Shown here: positions 1-13,400 of the stretch, one piece after another
How positions within the stretch are numbered: position 1 is the first letter of the stretch
How the letters are laid out: the number at the start of each line of letters is the position of its first letter
Source of the DNA: Camelus dromedarius
Lineage: Eukaryota
DNA: 64,000 nucleotides
NCBI RefSeq assembly: GCF_036321535.1
Contig: NC_087437.1
Location: forward strand, 31,374,001 to 31,438,000
Direction: 5' to 3'
Translations under genes and position numbers: made by a program
The notes under the pieces: model-generated
What the model saw: the letters and a program-made list of their open reading frames with translations, nothing else
The model's database searches: none
Told to the model about the DNA's origin: nothing

Positions 1-1144
1 ATGAAACCAAGTCCCTGCATTCTACCGATGCCCCAGCCCCCACCACGGTCCTCCCCCCTTGAGAAAGATCAACCATTTTTGGCCTCCAGAAATGGAAATT
101 GCGTTTGGTTAAACCCAGTATTTGTGAATTAACCCATAACATATTCGCATTTTAAAGTGCTGCTTTGTTAAGGAATCTTTCTTTTTTCTTTGTTACATTA
201 TTAAAGTATGACATCCCACATTTATAGGACTCTTGGAAAATACAGAACAAAATTCCACATAGTTCCACTATATAGTACAATTATTCTGTGTATTCACTCT
301 CCTCATTTTGTAAGCATATCTGAAATATTTATCATTGTTAATAATATTCAGGCTTTAAATTATGCCGTAAAACAATGAACTAGACTGTTCCCTCACCTAG
401 ATTAAGAGGAAACTGCACGGGATTATCTCTAAGCTTTCTTTTGTTTTTATTATTTTGTGTCTCTATGGCCAGATTAATTTAAGTACATCTTATTTGATCA
501 AAACACAAAGTTCTGCATATTTGTATCTTTAGTCCTTATGGTTTATTGTTCAGGCAGTGTAACTACTTGCTTACAACTTTCAAAGTTATAGAGAACATTT
601 CACATGAAAAAGGTTTAACGTGAGCAACGACTTTTTGCATGAGGGAGCCAATTAAAAACATAAACATGGTTATCAACAATGTTTTCACACAGAATAAATA
701 GTTTCATAAAGCTTTTTACCTAAAATGCATAGTTTTAAACATAGATACCCTACATCACTGAAAGAAGGTCAACTTTTTTTGGGGGTGGAGTGGGGATAAC
801 TACAGTGTTAGAATCCGAGCCTATTTGAGAAGAAACAAGCAGGGCCACATCCTGCTTACTTGTTCCTTGGTTTGTGTTACTCTTTTAGATCCAGAAATTG
901 GTCTACACACATCATCTCATGTCAAGCTTTGAAAGAATTCCACAGGCTCCGTGTCATCCTCATTTTACAGACGGGGGACTGGGACACTCAGAGCAGCAAA
1001 GCTGACTTGCAGCTTTTACAGAGGCCAGCTGTGTGCCAAGGGTCAGGGGAATGAGAGAGAGAGCTACCTGTGGGTTAAATAATGATGCTTTCAACCTGGA
1101 AAGGAGTGCACAGGAAAGATTTCACCAAGGCTTCCTATAGTTTA

Positions 1145-1785
1145 GACAGTGTTTCTCAAACACTGGAATCTGAGAGCTAATGAAAGTAATACCAAGGCCC
1201 AGGCTCACTGAAGCAGGCTAGGACCTGGACCTCTGCATTTTCTTCAGATCCTTCAGGTGGCTGATTCATACTAAAGTGTGTATGTGCGCATGTGCGGGTG
1301 CATGCATGTCATGGTGACTATCTGCATATGTACCAGAGCAAGTAATGACAGGTTTAATTTTAGCATGAAGTCCTCGGATTAGGAGGACGTGGATACTCAC
1401 TGAAATGGCTTACCTGGGGATGATAGAAAGCAGTGCTCTCACATTGTAGTCTGCACCAGAATTGCTCAGAGAGCTGCTTAAAACACGGACTGCCGGGCCC
1501 ACCCATGCCCAGAATTTGTAACTCGTTAGATCTGGGGTAAAGGCCCTAGGATTTGCATTTCTGACAGGTCCCCAGGAGCCACACTTTGGGACCAGTGGCA
1601 TAGACAAGCCAGTGGTCTAAAGCATGGCTGCACACTGGAATCATCTGGGATGGGTTTTTAAAGTACTGATGCCTGGCCTCACCCCCCAGGGATTCTGATG
1701 TAGTAGAACATCCATGGAGCCTGGATAATGTATTTTCAAAGCTCCCCAGATGTTTTAATGTGTAGTCAGTGTTGAGAATCCCTAG
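1145..1785. mobile_element. Cluster of decayed MER5-like hAT-Charlie MITE fragments
   Basis: Motifs cagtgtttctcaaa, gcatttctgacaggtcccca and aaagctccccagatgttttaatg...ttgagaatcc resemble the MER5A consensus as I recall it. Confidence 0.6.
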
Positions 1786-2559
1786 TGCTAAGGCTCCCAG
1801 GAAAAGCAGCTTTACTCCTGAGTTGCCAGATTTAATCAGTTTGTCTACGTGTCCTTTCCCAGAAGCAGGTGAATGCACTGCACTCAGTGATCTTCCTAAA
1901 ATTCTTTTCCCAACTCAGAACTGATGTCCTGTCTAGGATGCTTTCAAAATGCATTTCCATGATATACAAGCATTTGATTCAGTTGATTATTTTTCTTAAC
2001 AATGCTGCCCTCTAGTGTCCCTGAATAGTAGAACCATATTAAAACCCTCCATAGCCATCAGTACAATGATTTCCTGTTAGATAGCGAAACAACTTGGGGG
2101 ATTTTTCTCTGATGTTTAAAAAATATGTAACAAATTTAATGTGCATTAATTAGTTGTATTTTGTGGTGACATGCGTCTCCAGCTGCAGCCCCTCCGCTCT
2201 CCTGAATTTCCTCCCTGCTTTCTGTGCTGCAGCCTCCTCCCCATAAGAACTCCTGGAGTCCTTTCTCATTCCACCAGCCCTTCCCTGTGCAGTCAGGGGC
2301 CAGGCAAATCAGGGAGCAAAAAATTACCATCAACTAAAGTGCCTGGGGCATTGGGGCATCTTGCATAGGCTCTCCCAGGCTCAGAACTGCTCCTTCTCAC
2401 TCTTTCCTCACTTCCCACCTCTTTTTCACTTGATTGATAGTTTATTGAGAATAGAATTCATCGGACAGGAGCTCCCCTGTCTTCTCATGCTCCCAGTCCC
2501 ACCATCTTGCTGGAAGTGTCCTTCCCACCCCCAGGAGCCCTGTCCTGCTCCATCACTCT

Positions 2560-4105
2560 CTGTCAAGTCTCTCCCCCACCCCTCTAGCCCACATCCTCAG
2601 TAACTCCCCGATCTAGATCACCCCCAATGGTACACAGGCTTACTCTTACCTTTCTCAGCTTTAAAATAAAACTCTCCTTGGACCCTAAACACCCTCTCAA
2701 CTGACTCCCTCTTTCTCTGCTTCAGTCATTTCCCAGCTGGAGTCCACCCAGGTGTCTTTACCGCCTTCCCTTCCCCACATCCATTCTTCCATCTGCTCCA
2801 GCCTGGCCATGGTCCCATCACACCACAGACACTGACACTGCTCTTTTCACCTCCCTGTCACATGGCCAAATCCAGTGGACACTGTCTTCTGCCCTTCTGA
2901 CTCGAATGCTCAGGGCATTCCAGTCTCTGGGCACAGCACCTTCTCCAAGCACTCTTCCATTTTTGATACTGAAACGTGCCCCCTCTGGCTTCCTTCCTGC
3001 CCCTCTGGCTGCCAATGACCCAGAGCCCTGCAGTGTCCTCTCTCTGCCCCTGTGCTGGCTCTTAGGATCGCTTCTCTTTTCTCTGGGCAGACTTCCCTTA
3101 TGTAGTCTCATCCATTCTTATCAGATACAATTAATAGGTGGATAATTAAAAAATAGATGGCCTCCAGCCCAGGTTGCTCACTGTGTCATTATCCAATTAC
3201 CTCTGCTCGACATGCCCCCTCAGTATCTCACAAGCATCTCCCCTTTTTGCTTATCCAAAGACCCTGGCTCTTCCTCCCAAACCTATTCGTCCCTCAGTCT
3301 CCCTCATCTCTGTGAACGGCCTGTAATCTGGGGGATCGCCTTTGATTCCTCTCTTTCCTCACTTGCCACATCCAGTTCATCTGCAAATCTTATGGGATCT
3401 ACCCCAAAATAGATTTTGATCCATCCATGTCTCTCTGTCTTTACTGCCACCACCCCATTCCAAGCCACCTTATCTCCTGCCTGGAATACTGCAGTCCCCT
3501 CCTAAAGACCTTCTTGCTTTCTCCAGCTCTCCCCTCACTCTTGATACTCCACCATACGGTCAGAGAACGTGTTCTGAAATGTCACCTGCATCGTCATTTC
3601 CTGACCTAAAAAGGTTAGTGACTTTTCATCAAACTCTGAATAACATATAAATAACACAGTTTGCCCTCCGCCAACTTCATCTTGCAGCCCCATCCTCTGT
3701 CCTTACTAGGCACCCACCACAATGGCTTCCTTCTGATTGCAGGAGCTGACGAAGTTCTGTCCTGCTTCAGGGCCTTTGCACATGCTGTTCCAGCTGCCTA
3801 GAATCCTCTCCCCCTGTTCTTCACCTGACTGGCTCCTTTGTACTTTTTATGCCTAAAGAGTGCTCCTCAGGGACTCATTCCTTGACCAACAAAATAGATC
3901 TTCCCTCTCAGTCCCCATCCCAGACCCTACTTATTTTCTCCAGAGCATGTCACATTTTGTAATTACAGACCTGTTTCTTCCATCTTCCCCACTCAGCTCA
4001 AAGCTCTCTAAGTCCAGGAACTTTGTATCAGTTTTACTCACAGATGAACCCCGGGCCTGGCAAATATTAGGCTCTTCATACATGTGTGTTAAAGAAGGGA
4101 ATGAA
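2560..4105 (+). mobile_element. Decayed L2 LINE, 3' portion
   Basis: Pyrimidine-rich L2-like body (cagggcctttgcacatgctgttcc) ending in an L2-like 3' terminus, gcctggcaaatattagg...gaatgaa. Confidence 0.7.
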
Positions 4106-5810
4106 GGTAGTGGGGGAGACTCAACCTCCGCTCCACCTTAGCTGCTCTTAGCAAGGCCTCAGTGACTTCCACGCGGTCAAGCCACCGCACAGTGTTCTGT
4201 GCTCACCTTGATGACCAAATAGAGACCAGGAGCATCTTGGATTCAGTTGATTTTCTGTAACCTCATCATTGTTTACGAACATGTTTGATTCCCCACAATA
4301 TCCCCAGCACCCAGTGCAGCAGGCACTTCCTAAATCCTGTTGATTGAACGAACATCTGAATGAAACCAGATGTGAAAGTCAGGGGCACTGGTACAACACT
4401 GGGGATGTCCAAAGAGAGAGACTACTTTGGGGCAGCGATTTAAATAATGGTGTCTGAACTTCCAGAGATGTTAGCACAGACATCCATTTCCATTTGTGTA
4501 ATAAGAAAAGAAGAAGAAATGTTTCCAAGAAGTTTTCATATCTCATTTGCTTCATAAAGAGACAATTACCTACACAGATTTAGTTGCTGAGTAATAAGCT
4601 GATATTCCTGAGTCTTTCCCAAGAAAGAAAAATATTTTCCTTATAAGCCCAATTCTCCCCCTGATGGGTAGACTCCAGTGGTAAAAACATCGCCATCTTC
4701 CAAACAAAGAGACTAAGGGCTATTTGAAACCGTTTACGTAAGCCAAACAAGCAAGGAAGCTAAGACCCTAACCCTCGTCTCGTTCCAAATCCTGTCCCCG
4801 ACCAATTCAGACAGTGTTTGCTGGTGAGAAACAAAATAAGAACACGTAGACTCAACACGAGTTTAAGACAAGGATTTGATTCTTCTGAAGGACATGTCAC
4901 CGGCAGGTACTAGTGGGGCAAGAGAAGCCTGCAGCCTGCAACCCCTTGACAATGTCAAGGGACCTGGCATCCCGGGTGTTTGACCTGCTTTGTGGGTGAA
5001 ATCCGACCGCGTCTGTGACTTTTCACTCAGTTGAACTTGGGCTCTCCGTGCTCCCTGGTTCTCATCACATGGCTGGTGCCAACAGGATTAGCTCAGCTCC
5101 GCTCCCCTGGGAAGGCATTCGTCTTCCTGTGTAGGAAACGCCATGTCAGGCTGAAAAGGCTGAGGAGCAAACTGGCTGGGGCCGTGCGCAGGCCCCAGTG
5201 AAAGGCATGACCTGGGTGTCTTAGAATGAAGTTTGGTTCAAAGTGGTCAAGGACAGGGTGTGCCGGTGTGGGCTGGGAGCCACTGTGGCTTCAGCTGTTT
5301 GTTCAGCATTAAATATATTTATCTTTCTGCTAAATACATTGTTGTTGAGTCATCCCTATTACACGGCCACCCTGCCTGAGACCCAGCTCTCCGACACACA
5401 GAGGCAGGCCTTCTATCCCCAGTGACCTTCCACTCTGCAAACTCAAAACAAAAGCTTTCTCTTACTTCTCACTCTAGTGAGCAAGGAGCTCAGGTTCTGA
5501 CTCATGTGCTTTTTTATCAGGCCAGGAACCACAAAGTGATAGATGTGAAGGAAGAACTTAAAGTGGTCACTCTGTTTTTAATATCATTTTGTTTTGTTGC
5601 TGCAAACTGCAAATGGAAAGTCAGTTTACCCAAAAGTACTGTTGGCCTCCAAACTATCAATATTTTCTGTTAGACTATTATGTTATCAATTATATTAATC
5701 CAACAGGTAATTGCATTCGACTTCTAAACTTTAGACAGGAAAAGAAAAAAAAAAAAAGACAATGTAACTTTGAAAAGTATGTGTAATGCTCTCTGTCTGA
5801 TTTTCCATAG

Positions 5811-5896
5811 AAATTGTTCGAGCCATGACACATGTGATAAACCAAGGAATGGCCATGTACTGGGGAACCTCCCGCTGGAGTGCTATGGAGATCATG
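5811..5896 (+). CDS. KCNAB1: KCNAB1 internal coding exon, 86 nt: (E)[28 protein letters not shown]
   Basis: Acceptor ttttccatag| and donor ATG|gtaatt. The translation matches Kv-beta/AKR6 sequence including YWGTSRW, and the phase is compatible with the next exon. Confidence 0.96.
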
Positions 5897-6561
5897 GTAA
5901 TTTCATTTCTATCTCTAAATGGCCATTGAGTAGCTATTATTGTTTTTCAGACAACATGTGTAAATTGCAAGACCTTTTGCAAACTTTCTTCACCATCACA
6001 GTGGCACTAGAATTCTATGATCAGTTCAGCCATTGTAGAGATGGCCATGGGGTTGGATCTCATCAGTTCAGAATACAGCTGGGAGGGTGCAGGTCTCAAA
6101 CAGGAGTCATGTTTAGCGTGTTCTCTGATAGTAAGACAATAAAGTGAATTTCCCAGCAAATGAGACACATGAACACAATATTCTAGTTTTGTTTAATGTA
6201 TTCAGTAATGATAATGTTTATAACATGCTAATTACAGATCATTTTCTATTATATATTAGTTAAGTTTTATTTCTTTAGAGACCTAGAAACAGTCAAACTA
6301 TATTCTCTTTATAATAGTCCATAATTCACACTTTGACTAATTTGCCCTGGTCTTTACCCAATCCAAACCTTCCCAAAGAATAATAAGGATTTCTTGCCTT
6401 TGGTATTTCTCTGAGTGAAAGTGATGGTCATAATTTTGCTTATTATTTGGCAATCTACATATTTCTCGGTTTGTATTGATTTCACTAAAGTGAAGACTTT
6501 TCATGCACACAGCCTCATTTCTCATCAGTGTAAATTCAGATGCAATCTTTTTTCTCCCTAG

Positions 6562-6682
6562 GAAGCCTACTCTGTAGCAAGACAATTCAATATGATCCCC
6601 CCGGTCTGTGAACAAGCCGAGTACCACCTTTTCCAGAGAGAGAAAGTGGAGGTTCAGCTACCAGAGCTCTACCATAAAATAG
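6562..6682 (+). CDS. KCNAB1: KCNAB1 coding exon, 121 nt: [40 protein letters not shown](G)
   Basis: Acceptor tttttctccctag| and donor ATAG|gtactc. [17 protein letters not shown] is the Kv-beta1-type sequence as I recall it. Confidence 0.97.
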
Positions 6683-7758
6683 GTACTCTTCACAATCACA
6701 TTTACTGATTATTTCTCACAACAGGAGGATCGGCGATCCTGAACAAAAAGTGTCACTGAAATGCTTTCCTAAATGTTCCTAATTAACATGAGAAGTACCA
6801 GCACTGTGCATTCTGGAGACTGTAGAAGGATTAAATGTGCCTGTATGTCATCCACAGAGTGTCGGGGATGCAAGCCAGGCAGAGCCATAAACTGACTGGT
6901 ACACAAGCTGTACCCAGTAGGTGCTCAAAAAGTGCATATGAAATGATGGGAAGAAGCAGTAAATAAACCCATTTTTCATAGGGTGCTTGCTCTGGGCAGG
7001 AATGCATCTCTGAGTGGACTATGACCGTCTTTCCAAAACACTATGGGTTTATACATCTCTGTCTCCTACTCCGTACCTAGAACTGAGTCAGGGGAATTCA
7101 AAGGTGGCTGACAAGCCAGGTACACGTTTGTGTAGCAGACATGATGATTTCAAAGACAGGGGAAAATATATACACAACACGTATAGAAGAATTTTGGGCA
7201 TCAGATAAACTTAAATAAGCCACATTTTCAGGCTTCTTTATCAAAGCAGTTTCCAGAGATAACTTTCTTCCTAAGAAATGGAGGTTCACATGAGTAGGAA
7301 AATGCTGGATAAGGGAAAAATGGATTTAAAAAATGTCAACAACGATGGTCATTATTGCTATCGCTTTGTGTCTACAATGGGCATTGTTCTCGTGCTTCGT
7401 ACTGGGCGCTACCAAGTGCCGAGTGGACAAACGAAGCACTGAGGACCTGAGCAGGCAGAAGTGTTTATCTTTGAGTGTAAAAGAAACGTACCTTTTGGGC
7501 ATCACAGAATTACGGATAAGCCACATTTTCAGGCTTGTTTATAGGGCCTATTCCCCATAACCCACAGTGCACGTTCGATTGGTTTATCCAAAGGAAGCAC
7601 AATTTGTAAATGCCTCAATTTTAATGGAAAGATGTTTGCTGCTATTAACTCACGTATCTGGCCGGCTTCTCCGCATAACTAACCAAATCCTGTCGAAACT
7701 CCCCCACACTTTTGAGCTCAGTTTGCAGAAGTGATTTTTTAACTTTTTTCTTCTGTAG

Positions 7759-7853
7759 GAGTTGGAGCAATGACATGGTCTCCACTGGCCTGTGGAATCA
7801 TCTCAGGAAAATACGGAAACGGGGTGCCTGAAAGTTCCAGGGCTTCGCTGAAG
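7759..7853 (+). CDS. KCNAB1: KCNAB1 coding exon, 95 nt: (G)[31 protein letters not shown]
   Basis: Acceptor ttttttcttctgtag| and donor AAG|gtattc. Contains the WSPLACG NADPH-binding segment of the AKR fold. Confidence 0.97.
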
Positions 7854-9911
7854 GTATTCTCCACCTCTAGGAAGGAGTCTGGGGGAGGGGAGGGAGGGCG
7901 GGAAGAAGACTGAACAGAACAGCTCTGCAGCAGCCCGTGGCTTCCTGGCTCAAGCCAAGTGTGGCCTTGGCCTGGCTGGTGTCCCTGGCAGGCTCCCCGA
8001 GCCCTCCGGAGGTCTCTGCTCCTGGCCAGGCATCAGTCAGCCCTTCAGAATCTGCCAGCGCAGAGAATCTTCCTCCTCTGGGGCTTGGGGGAGGTGCCCA
8101 GTGACCTGCTTGTACTTGTAGGATTCAAATTCCTACACTTATTTTTTCTGATGTTAAAGAAGGCATTTCATTCCGCCTTTGAAGCTGATGAAACGTAAAA
8201 TTCCTTTTCTATACAAGAGGATCTAATTTTACTTTTCTTGACAAAAAGAAATGTAAGCCATAGAGGTTTAATCCATTTGGGCCAAACAGGTTGTAGCTCA
8301 GTATGATTTGAGGTTGACTGATGTTTATTTAAGGGGGGCAAGGTAAGGAGGGAGGGCTCTGGAAGCAGATACAGAGCCAACCCTCTGTCACTGGGGCTCA
8401 AGGCTGGCGTTTGCGGAGATCAACTCTGGCCGCTGAGTCCTGTAGCTTAAATTCTTTTCTGAAGCATAAAGACATTCAAGTTCATTGGCATAAAATTACC
8501 TCCATTCAGAACATCTTGATGATTACTTTATTGGAGAGTACTCCAAACATCTCTCCTTATTAATAACAACATGTTTTTAAAAACTTGAGGGAATGTGTAA
8601 TAACATTAGAATCACAAATTACTCTGGAATGTCAGGGGAGAGAGAATATAGACATTTTTAAAATGCACACAAGCCAAAGGCCCCTAAGAGGAAGCAAAAG
8701 TCTGACACAGCCTTTTGCCTCCATCAGTCAGCACAGAGTCAGCACGAGGACAACTCAAGTTAAGCCTAAACCATCAACCCTCTAATCAGTGTGTCTGGAA
8801 CCACCATGTGCTTCCCTAACCAGGACCTTCTCAGGACTCTAGGTCTGTCACTTTTCTTTCCGCCTGTAACAGCTGACTATTAGCTTGTTTGTTCTCTAAA
8901 AGAATACAATATAGATGTTTCCTAAAACATGGCACCATGGTCCTGTTTCTAGTTTTGCATTATCACACTAATTACCCTGGAAAATTAAATATGGTCTTGC
9001 TTCTGAAAAATGGAAGGTTTTGAATAAGTCAGCAAAGAAAAACTTAAAGGAAAGAAGGTATAAAAGGAAGAAGGCAAAAAAGGGGTGAAGAAGAAAGAAA
9101 AGCATTGAAAATTGTGACTTTCCTGAGCACCTACCATGGGCCAGTATTTCTATTCATCTCCTTTTATCCTCACAAAGATAAATGGATACAGACGGCATTT
9201 AATCAGCTGTAGCTAAGCATGTTGCCATGCATTCTTTCAGGAACTTTCTGAAAAGCTCGAAGTACTTCCATATATGCCGGGTGTTTGTTCTGAGACTACT
9301 CTTATAAGGGGGTAAACCTCTTCCAGATGCAGAAACTGTGCCCAAAGAGATAAGATAACAATCTAAGAGAATAAACTCATAATAAAGTTAGTAGTAGAGC
9401 CCAGGTCTCCTGGCTGTCAGTTTATCTCCCAAAAGACATTTGTGTTTCCCTTCAAACTCAGGTTTTTAAAGGAAGAAGTATCTACACTGTATTTGGAGTA
9501 TATGATTGGCTGACCCCCATCACTATTTGAGAAAAGCCTAGAAACAGCTGAAACACTTTCAAAAATATACTAACAAAAGGAGAGGAAAAAAAAAAAAAAG
9601 GGAGATGCAGAATATTTGAAGGTGGCTAAGCCCAAAAGCAACTCAAAAATATTTCTGTTGACTTTTCAGCATCTATTGAAACATCCTTAACAATAAACAT
9701 GAAGAACACTCAGCAGGGGAAAGACAGCCAGTCACAAAGCACGCTTCTTCAGAGCTCCGCAGCCTCTCAAGGCTTCTTAAATCATCAGTCTGAGTGTTTT
9801 CCAGACTAATATATGTGCACTTAGAAAAATTACTCGAGCAGAGTAACTAAAGCAAATAATAATTATTATTATTATTTTACACATATATATCAACATTAAG
9901 AGAGAATGAAT

Positions 9912-10172
9912 GGGGGAGGGTGTAGTTCAGTGGCAGCATGCATGCTTAGCATGAGTTCAATTCCCATTACTTCCATTAAAATAAATAATAAATAGGGGGA
10001 AGATACAGCTCAGTGATAGAGTGTGTGCTTAGCATGCATGAGGTCCTGGATTTGATATCCAGGACCTCCATTAAAATAAACAAATAACCTCATTACCTCC
10101 CTCCCCCCAAAATTTAAATAAATAAATAAACCTAATTACCCTCCAAAACAAAACAATTAAAAAATAAAAACA
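9912..10172 (+). mobile_element. Two nested tRNA-Ala-derived SINEs (Vic-1-like)
   Basis: Two tRNA-like heads (9912 and 9995) containing gcttagcatg and two aataaacctaattacc-type tails. Outer flanking duplication aagagagaatga / aagagtgaatga. Confidence 0.85.
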
Positions 10173-13100
10173 AAGAGTGAATGAGAATTCTCATAGTAAG
10201 AACATTAAAAAAAAAAAAAAAGAGCTAGGTAAGTAGATGAATAAGTTGGCAGTTTTCACCTCCCCTCAAAATAGAATAAGCAGTTGGTATTTTCACACTG
10301 GCTGTTATAAGTTACACCAATAAAATAAAGATGCTAATATTTTGTGTTTGTTTTAAATATTGAAATTATATTTGCAGACCAAATTAACCCAGTGTGGAAA
10401 ATACCTATCTTTTAGAAAGCAATACTCCCCAGCAGGGATTCTGGGAGGCTGCCTCTGGCCCACCTCTGTTACAGGGACTTCTGAATCAGGTCATTGGCTC
10501 TGATTCCACTGCTGAGCTAAACACCACTCCTTCTTTGTGTCAATTAGACGTCTCCACGTGGCTGTCCCATGGGCATCCGTCATGCCTAATGGAATCTATC
10601 CTCACTCCCCAGAACCTGCCCTTCCTTCTTGGTAAACAGTGCCTCCACCCATCCATCTGGTCCTTGCAGTCAGAAGCCAAAGCATTCTCTGACTGCCTCT
10701 TCTCCTCCCTCACTCTCATCCAGTAGGACAACTCCTCCTCTAGTCCACATCCTGACCCTCTGTGGTCCATCCCTTTTACCGCCCTTGTTCAGATCTTCAT
10801 CATTTCTTACCTGGTTTGCTCTGATTTTTTCCCCCTTTTTTCAACTACCCACCATTGTGACCAATTAACGTTCTAAAAGATTGATCTGACTGTATCATAA
10901 CTCTGCTTAAAATCCTTTAATGACTTCCTAACCATTGATTATAGAACAAAATCTAAAAACCCACAGAAAAGCATTCGGAAACACTCTTGGGATCTTAGTT
11001 GAGCCGACTTTTCCATTCTGGTCTCTCCCTAAATCACATTGCTTCATTTCCCACCCAAATGCACTGTATTCTTTTTTGCCTTCCAGAAAGGCCCTTCTTT
11101 TGAACCTGCTGTGGAAGCTCTCCTCTAAAGACAAAGCTTGTTGTCTTCACTCTGGGAAGCCTTTCTTATTTTAGGAAACTATGTTTTTATTTATTTTTAC
11201 TTAGGCTTTATTTATTTATTTCTATTTACACCTCCCTCTATCATTCCATAAACACTTCTATAGTCTTAAATCCTCTGACTGCAAGCAATAGGATTTAATT
11301 CAACCTAATTTAATCAAAGAAGGGCCGGCACAGGCAGGCAGCCTCTGGGAAGGGTGGAGTGGGATGGCCCCTGGGGGTGACTCCATCCACAGATATGCAC
11401 ATTGTCAGGACCCTCCCTCTGCTCTGTTTCTCTCTGCATGTGAGTATCATTTTCTTCTACTGCAAATGGGCCTTCTCCCCAGGGCCAGGAGCAGGAACAC
11501 TGGTGACTACAGGCTTACTTCCTTAAAGGCACAGAACCTGAGAGAAAAAAAGATCTTTTGTTTATCAGATTCAGTCCAGAAAAGTCTGGCCAAGCTTGGG
11601 TCACGTGCCAACCTGTTAGACCAATGATAGTGGCCCAGAGGGTAAGATGCTGTGATCAGCCCACATCATGCACTGTTGTTGGGGTATTTTCCATAAGGAG
11701 GCAGTACAAACATGGCTTCTGAGGAACTCACCCCCACTACAAGACACTTCTCCAGTCCAGACTATGACTTGTGAATACCTTTAGGACAGAAACTGAAACT
11801 AACTCATGTAACTCATCACGGATCCTGGCACATGATAAGTACTCAATAAATGTTTCTTAAATGAATGCCATGAGCCATATCTGAGGATCAACAAAGTCTG
11901 ATCAAGAGTAGCTTTTAAGTAGAAATTTTACATAGAAATGAAGAGTGCAATACAATTTATGGGCCGCTAGCTCTTCCCTATTGTTAGAAAAAGCATAAAA
12001 ATATGTACCCTTCTGTCAAAGGAAAATAGGAAACATGCAAACTGAGGTGAATCAAAGTGGGGAGAGAGAGGCAGTCCAAGAACACCAGGTATTCACGTGA
12101 AGAAACTAAGGATTTGCACATTATGGGATAATTTCAGAAGGGAATTTTTTAGCTCCAGCATTTTACCTAGAGATTTCAACCTCAATAGTGAAGATTTTGC
12201 TGCTCTTTTGAGCCAAAATAGCTTTGATGTTTAAATAGAAACGGTCAATGATCTTGAATGCTAAATTATTCAAGGTTCAGTAATGAAATGTGACTGATTC
12301 TGTGCATGGCTTTTATGTTGCTACTTGAGTTCAAATCTAGGATTTACTAACAAACAACTGGGGGCTTCAGAGCTGACCTCACAGACTTCCCACCTTGGTA
12401 TTGCTACCTAATTGAGGTCTCATAGATAATGGTCCCGGCATTGGAAGACAGGAAAGAAATGGGCTTTAGGAAATGTTAGAGGACTTTGTGACTTATGGGT
12501 AAAAGTAGTAGCCAAGTCATCTCTGGAGAAAAGCTCATTCAGTGGTTCCTTTGGCAAATATTTACGGGGTGTCTACTCAGGGCTGGGCCGTGTGCTAAGG
12601 GGCTGAGGATACAGGGATGAATGGGACAGTCTCAACCCTCAGGATTACCTCAAGGACGTTTTGGAGACAGGCTAGAGAAGGGGTGAATTATGAAACTATG
12701 TGGCATCCATAGCACTGTGGATGCACGCACGGCTGCCAACCGAGTTGTACTGCATTAGGAAGTGTCTGTGCTCAATCTGAAAAATTGAAGAGATCTATCT
12801 TTGAAGGGTTTCTCAGATCCCTCTCTCAAAGGCCATACTGGCTACTCCATGCCAACCACTGTTCAAGACTAGAGATGTTGAGATGATGGAGAAGCTATCC
12901 CTGCCTTCCACTTAGGAAGACCAGTCAACATGTAGTCAGATCACTGCAGCAATATGGTAACCAATATGTTAGGGCTGGAAGACAGAATTTCATCTTTTGA
13001 TTCATGGGTTACTGCCCACAATCAACAAGCTGGGCTTATTATTGCTCACAACCACAACCACCAGCCCTCCTACAGAAAAACTGGTTCACTTCCATATTTC

Positions 13101-13376
13101 ATTAATATCTTAATTAAGCCTCATCTCCTCCCTGTGCTAACATTTTCCCACTTGTAAAGCAGTTAAAGCTATTTATTTCCAAAACACATTTGTTCCCTTT
13201 GGTGTGAGGAAAGCAGCATAAATGCTGTGGGTCTACTTTTTAAAAACCCTAACATGCTTATATTTTCCAGTGATTAAAGCAACAATGAGATTTACGTTGA
13301 GGGTGGGGAGAGAAGCACTCAATAAATGAATGTTTGGTATTTGTTACCTTCAGAAATCGTCTTCTCAATATGGGTT

Positions 13377-13400
13377 GTGTGTGTGTGTGTGTGTGTGTGT
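13377..13400. repeat. (TG)n microsatellite
   Basis: About 12 TG units seen directly. Confidence 0.95.

Noticed and set aside
5770..6147. 125-aa ORF
   Set aside because: Out-of-frame overlap with the real KCNAB1 exon 5811-5896, running into the intron.
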